The notes beneath the pieces were generated by a model. It was given only the letters and a program-made list of their open reading frames with translations. It was not told the DNA's origin and made no database searches. This document shows positions 60,566 through 64,000 of a stretch of DNA of 64,000 nt, piece by piece; the first letter of the stretch is position 1; each line of letters starts with the position of its first letter. This DNA is from Entomortierella parvispora E1425. Lineage: Eukaryota; Fungi; Mortierellomycota. The position numbers were made by a program, and so were the translations under genes. The stretch is taken from assembly GCA_020891255.1 (NCBI GenBank), contig BQFW01000001.1, positions 1,674,001 to 1,738,000 of the forward strand. Reading direction: 5' to 3'.

Positions 60566-62418
60566 CTACAGGTGCATCGACGATTTCTCGTGAGTCGATC
60601 CACTGGGGAGGATAGGTCTGCATGGCCCCTTGAGCGCATCAAAGAACAAATCCCTGATCCGCAGACAATTGTTGCGTCGGCGCATATAAGTCATTGGTCT
60701 GCTAGCAAGGGGCTGAGGCTCATAGCTCTTAACAGCGTCCAGAAGGTCGTTGAATTCCTCGTCAGAATCAACGTTCACATCTTCCTTTTCAGCTAACGGG
60801 GCCTCTGATTCCAAGCGACCAGACTTTTCGTCTTTGACTATCGGAATAGACTTAGGTGTTAGGCATCGTGCAACGTCAAATGTTGCTTACCCAATGCAGG
60901 GTGAAAATAATCAGCATACCTGACACAGGCTTCTTTTGAACTAGCGAAAGTAAAACATCGTAAGGTCTTGAACGGCCCTCTACCGATCTCTTGGATGACA
61001 TTGAGTGGCTTTTGCAAGTTAATGATCGGGCACAGGGTGTGTTTCCAGGGACCATGATCACACCACACTGTTTATCCAGATCCAGAGGCCCCTTGACGCG
61101 GGCAGCAGGCTTGACCTTAGGTGGTTTGGCAACCTTTTGCTTCTTGTCCAAAGGTTTTTTTTCGGTAGTTGAAGACGGTGGAGGCGACATTTCTACAGCG
61201 GATACTGGTGTTTCTGGTTCTTATATTGCAAAAAAAAAAAAAAAAAAAAAAGAAAGAAAAAAAGGTTAGCCTCCAAGATTTCTCTAAAAGAACAAAGATT
61301 GTACAGGAAGGTAGGTGGCTACCTTCCAAAACCACAGAGGTCTTGCGTTTCTTTGACTTTGGGGCATCCAGTTTCTTCTCAAGGTTATCTGTGCGGATCG
61401 CCAGCGGTGGCTCTGCTGGAGTCTCGGCTGCTGGCGCAGCCTTGCACTTCACTACTCTCCCATAAAAGTGTGTACGAGTGAGTCGAAAAGAAAGTGGAGT
61501 GGCGGATAAAAATTTTGACATGGAAGTACCGGAGTGCACTTACATCGATGCTCCTTGAAAGCGCTCGGAATGATAGGCTTATCGCAGCTGTTACAGGTAA
61601 GAACAACAATGTCATCTGAGAGTGGCAAACCGCCGTAGGTCTTCATTTCCTTACTCTCCAGGCGCGAGCTTGTGGGTGTCCGTGGGACCGGAGGCGAAGT
61701 AATTCTCTCTGACAGACCATAACATTCTATTGTTTCAACAAATTAAGTCGTTTAGCTAAAGAGGGAGGTAGGTGATATAAAAGAGGAGAGCCGCCATACT
61801 ACCTTCAGCATCAAGCTGTGACCGAATGCCAGTCCAAGAGGTTGATGAGCGGAGGAGATCATTGTTAACAGGGGTAACGGGAGTGGTGGAAGATCGGGGG
61901 AGTTTCTTCCAACGATCTTGATCGCGAAAGACGGAAATTGTTTGAGGGTTGACCAGTTCTGAGAGAGAGCTGACGGTGTCTGGGCCGAGGAGTGACTGAG
62001 CATTGTTCAGAATCCCTACAGAGGTGCAAGCGTCAAAGGATCAGCTGCTGCATTTTGGGTACACAGATACTGCACGCGAGGAAATAACAAAAATAATATC
62101 GGCGTAAGAGTGAAGGTCCATGCCATGGGAACAATGAAAGCACATACCTGCTTCTGCCAGCTCAATCTCTCGGCGTTGCTCCATGAGCAAGCCAGTCTGC
62201 TTCTCATTCAAGGCCTCCCAACCAGCTAAAAGTCAAAATAAGACAAGTCCGGTCAGTTTTTCAGTTCGTCCGTCAGTCAGCAAGACGCGTCCATGGGGGA
62301 CCATGGAAATACTGCAAAAATAAATATGAGTTGCACCACAAGGCAGTCATCCTCCCCAAAACAGAGAGATTTGCATGAGGGACAGTGGGGCACACGCACC
62401 AGGAGGAGTCCCATTCAT
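60566..62418 (-). CDS. SGF73: SAGA deubiquitination module subunit Sgf73/ataxin-7, multi-exon; start inferred
   Basis: [33 protein letters not shown] (N-terminal zinc finger); SCA7 domain [41 protein letters not shown]; [25 protein letters not shown]. Confidence 0.9.
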
Positions 62419-62589
62419 TGATGGCAGTGTGTTTCAGGGGGGGAGATGATCTTGGATGCTGCCGATGGAATGATGATGATGATGATGAGGTTAATGCAGG
62501 GTCCAGTGCTGTCGACCGAGTCCAGCGAGGCTGTCGATGTGTGGAGATGATGTTGGAAGGTAACTTCCCCAAGTGAAAGAAAAAAAAAT

Positions 62590-62599
62590 GTGACGTCAC
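62590..62599. promoter_or_regulatory. Perfect CRE/ATF-type palindrome GTGACGTCAC about 170 bp upstream of the SGF73 start
   Basis: Sequence match to the bZIP consensus TGACGTCA; function is inferred only. Confidence 0.35.
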
Positions 62600-62695
62600 T
62601 TTTTTTTTTTGTCACGCCACCAAATCCATGTGGCCTGAACAGATCCAAACGATACGAGATTTATTGGTCAATCATCAGGCAACGCAACAGTTGAC

Positions 62696-64000
62696 CTATT
62701 TGCGAGGTGCCATGAGCAACGCTGCGCCGACAGCCGCGGATGCTGCCGTCAACAACTTTGGCCAGATGCGCTGACTATAGGTCTCTTGCAGCCATCCGTC
62801 TATCTGGCCATCGAGACCGCCGTTTCCGAGTTTGGGCTCCTCCGTCAGTTCGAACTGGGTTCGGTTCCTTCCTATATGGCGTCTGACCATCATGTACTGG
62901 AACTCGAGGAATAACGGCTTTCGGATCCGGAGCCACCACGGAAAGTTTGAACTGACCCATAACTCTGCGTACAGGAAGTACATGACCACCGTTCTCAAGA
63001 ACCGATAGGGTCTGCTCATCGTAGGCAGGCCATTGGCCTTCCATAGCTTGGGGCCTAATAGAGATTCGGCCAACGCCATATGAAACTTGAACGGATCCGG
63101 GAGTCCCACCGCGGATAGGACCTCTCTTGGAATAAACAGGGGCTTGGGTGCCATATGCCTCAGCAACGTCGCACACATTTTTCCACTCTCCGTATCAGGG
63201 TCGGAAAGATGGAGTGTGATGGATTCAATGCAGGCATCTGCACGATCTGGTGTTCGGACCGCCCCTAAAATATCATCCACACCCATAATATATCCAACGT
63301 ATCGCCAAAGATGTAGGTAATCTTCACGCTCTTGCGTTGTCATTTGAATGTCCATCCGGGCCTCCATTACCCGCCACATAATATTCGAGAACCCAAACAG
63401 GGTTGCAAGCAGGTCCTCTTGGTTGATGGGTACCCCGTGCTCGTTCATGTCATAGTATTTCGAGTGAGCACGGCTAATCTTGGCCAAACGTGCTCGAACA
63501 CCAGCATGTAGGAACCGGACCTGGACGATCGACTCCCAAGCTGTCCCTGTGCCTGGGAAGAGATACTCGGGTGAATGGACCACATCGAGAACGAATTGCT
63601 GTGTTTCCAACACTCGCTTCTTGGTGCTCTTGCCCGACAAATAGCCGGTTGAATTAAGGACTTTTGTGATCTTGGGGATCACAAATCCACCCGCAAGTGA
63701 AAAGTGCAGCAGTGCATGCGATATGAACAGTGAGTATCGCCTGGTAGGACCCATTGGCGCAGCACACCGAGAACAGTTGCACAAAAATAAAGAGATCGAA
63801 TACAGAGAGAGTAAGCAAAGGCCTTTTTTTCCATTCATTTCTGGCCACAAAGAAATAAAAAACCCTGCATTGCCCACCAAAAATAATGGGTTTGTTTCGT
63901 ATGTACCAGTAGACATCTTGGCCTCGGCGGACTTTGTCCCAATCCACCCAGTCAGGCACAGTCATCAACTGATCCATCAGGAGTCTAGGAGCAGGACTTT
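62696..64000 (-). CDS. ER-bound oxygenase MpaB/DUF2236 (rubber oxygenase-like) protein, 5' part beyond the window end
   Basis: VPDWVDWDKVRRGQDVYW; SLAGGF; TGYL..KRVLETQQFV; SIVQVRFLHAGVRARL; GVPINQEDLLATL; EREDYLHLWRYVGYIMGV; C-terminal hydrophobic tail. Confidence 0.9.

Noticed and set aside
1-64000. CRISPR arrays, rRNA, tRNA, transposons and prokaryotic operon features
   Set aside because: None recognised by eye; the sequence is eukaryotic with spliceosomal introns. tRNAscan-SE, Infernal and RepeatMasker runs would be needed to exclude small elements.

Overview
Intron-rich eukaryotic genomic DNA, most likely an early-diverging fungus of the Mortierellaceae (inference from the kinesin-12, the WD40/TRP-like channel family, intron style and polyQ-rich regulators). 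About 20 protein-coding loci can be supported: a KIF15-like kinesin (partial), a Zn2Cys6 transcription factor, a 56-aa Cys-rich microprotein, a WD40-repeat + TRP-like channel, a frameshifted MACPF-like/P-loop locus head-to-head with that channel, a triple-HMG-box polyQ regulator, a stand-alone response regulator, a CAP/PR-1 protein, a Nudix CoA pyrophosphatase, UBP6, a tandem ubiquitin-like locus, a phosphoesterase, a multicopper oxidase, an RluA-type pseudouridine synthase, a LAMTOR1/Ego1-like gene, a G-protein gamma subunit with a very long N-terminal extension, a RING + RRM protein, SGF73, an MpaB-like oxygenase (partial) and two hypothetical proteins. No rRNA, tRNA, CRISPR array or recognisable transposon was found by eye. 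The most unusual items are the disrupted MACPF-like + P-loop locus paired with the TRP-like channel, the giant G-gamma, the intron-split RING + RRM protein, the triple HMG protein and the microprotein followed by a long A-tract. Exon boundaries were inferred manually and are approximate.
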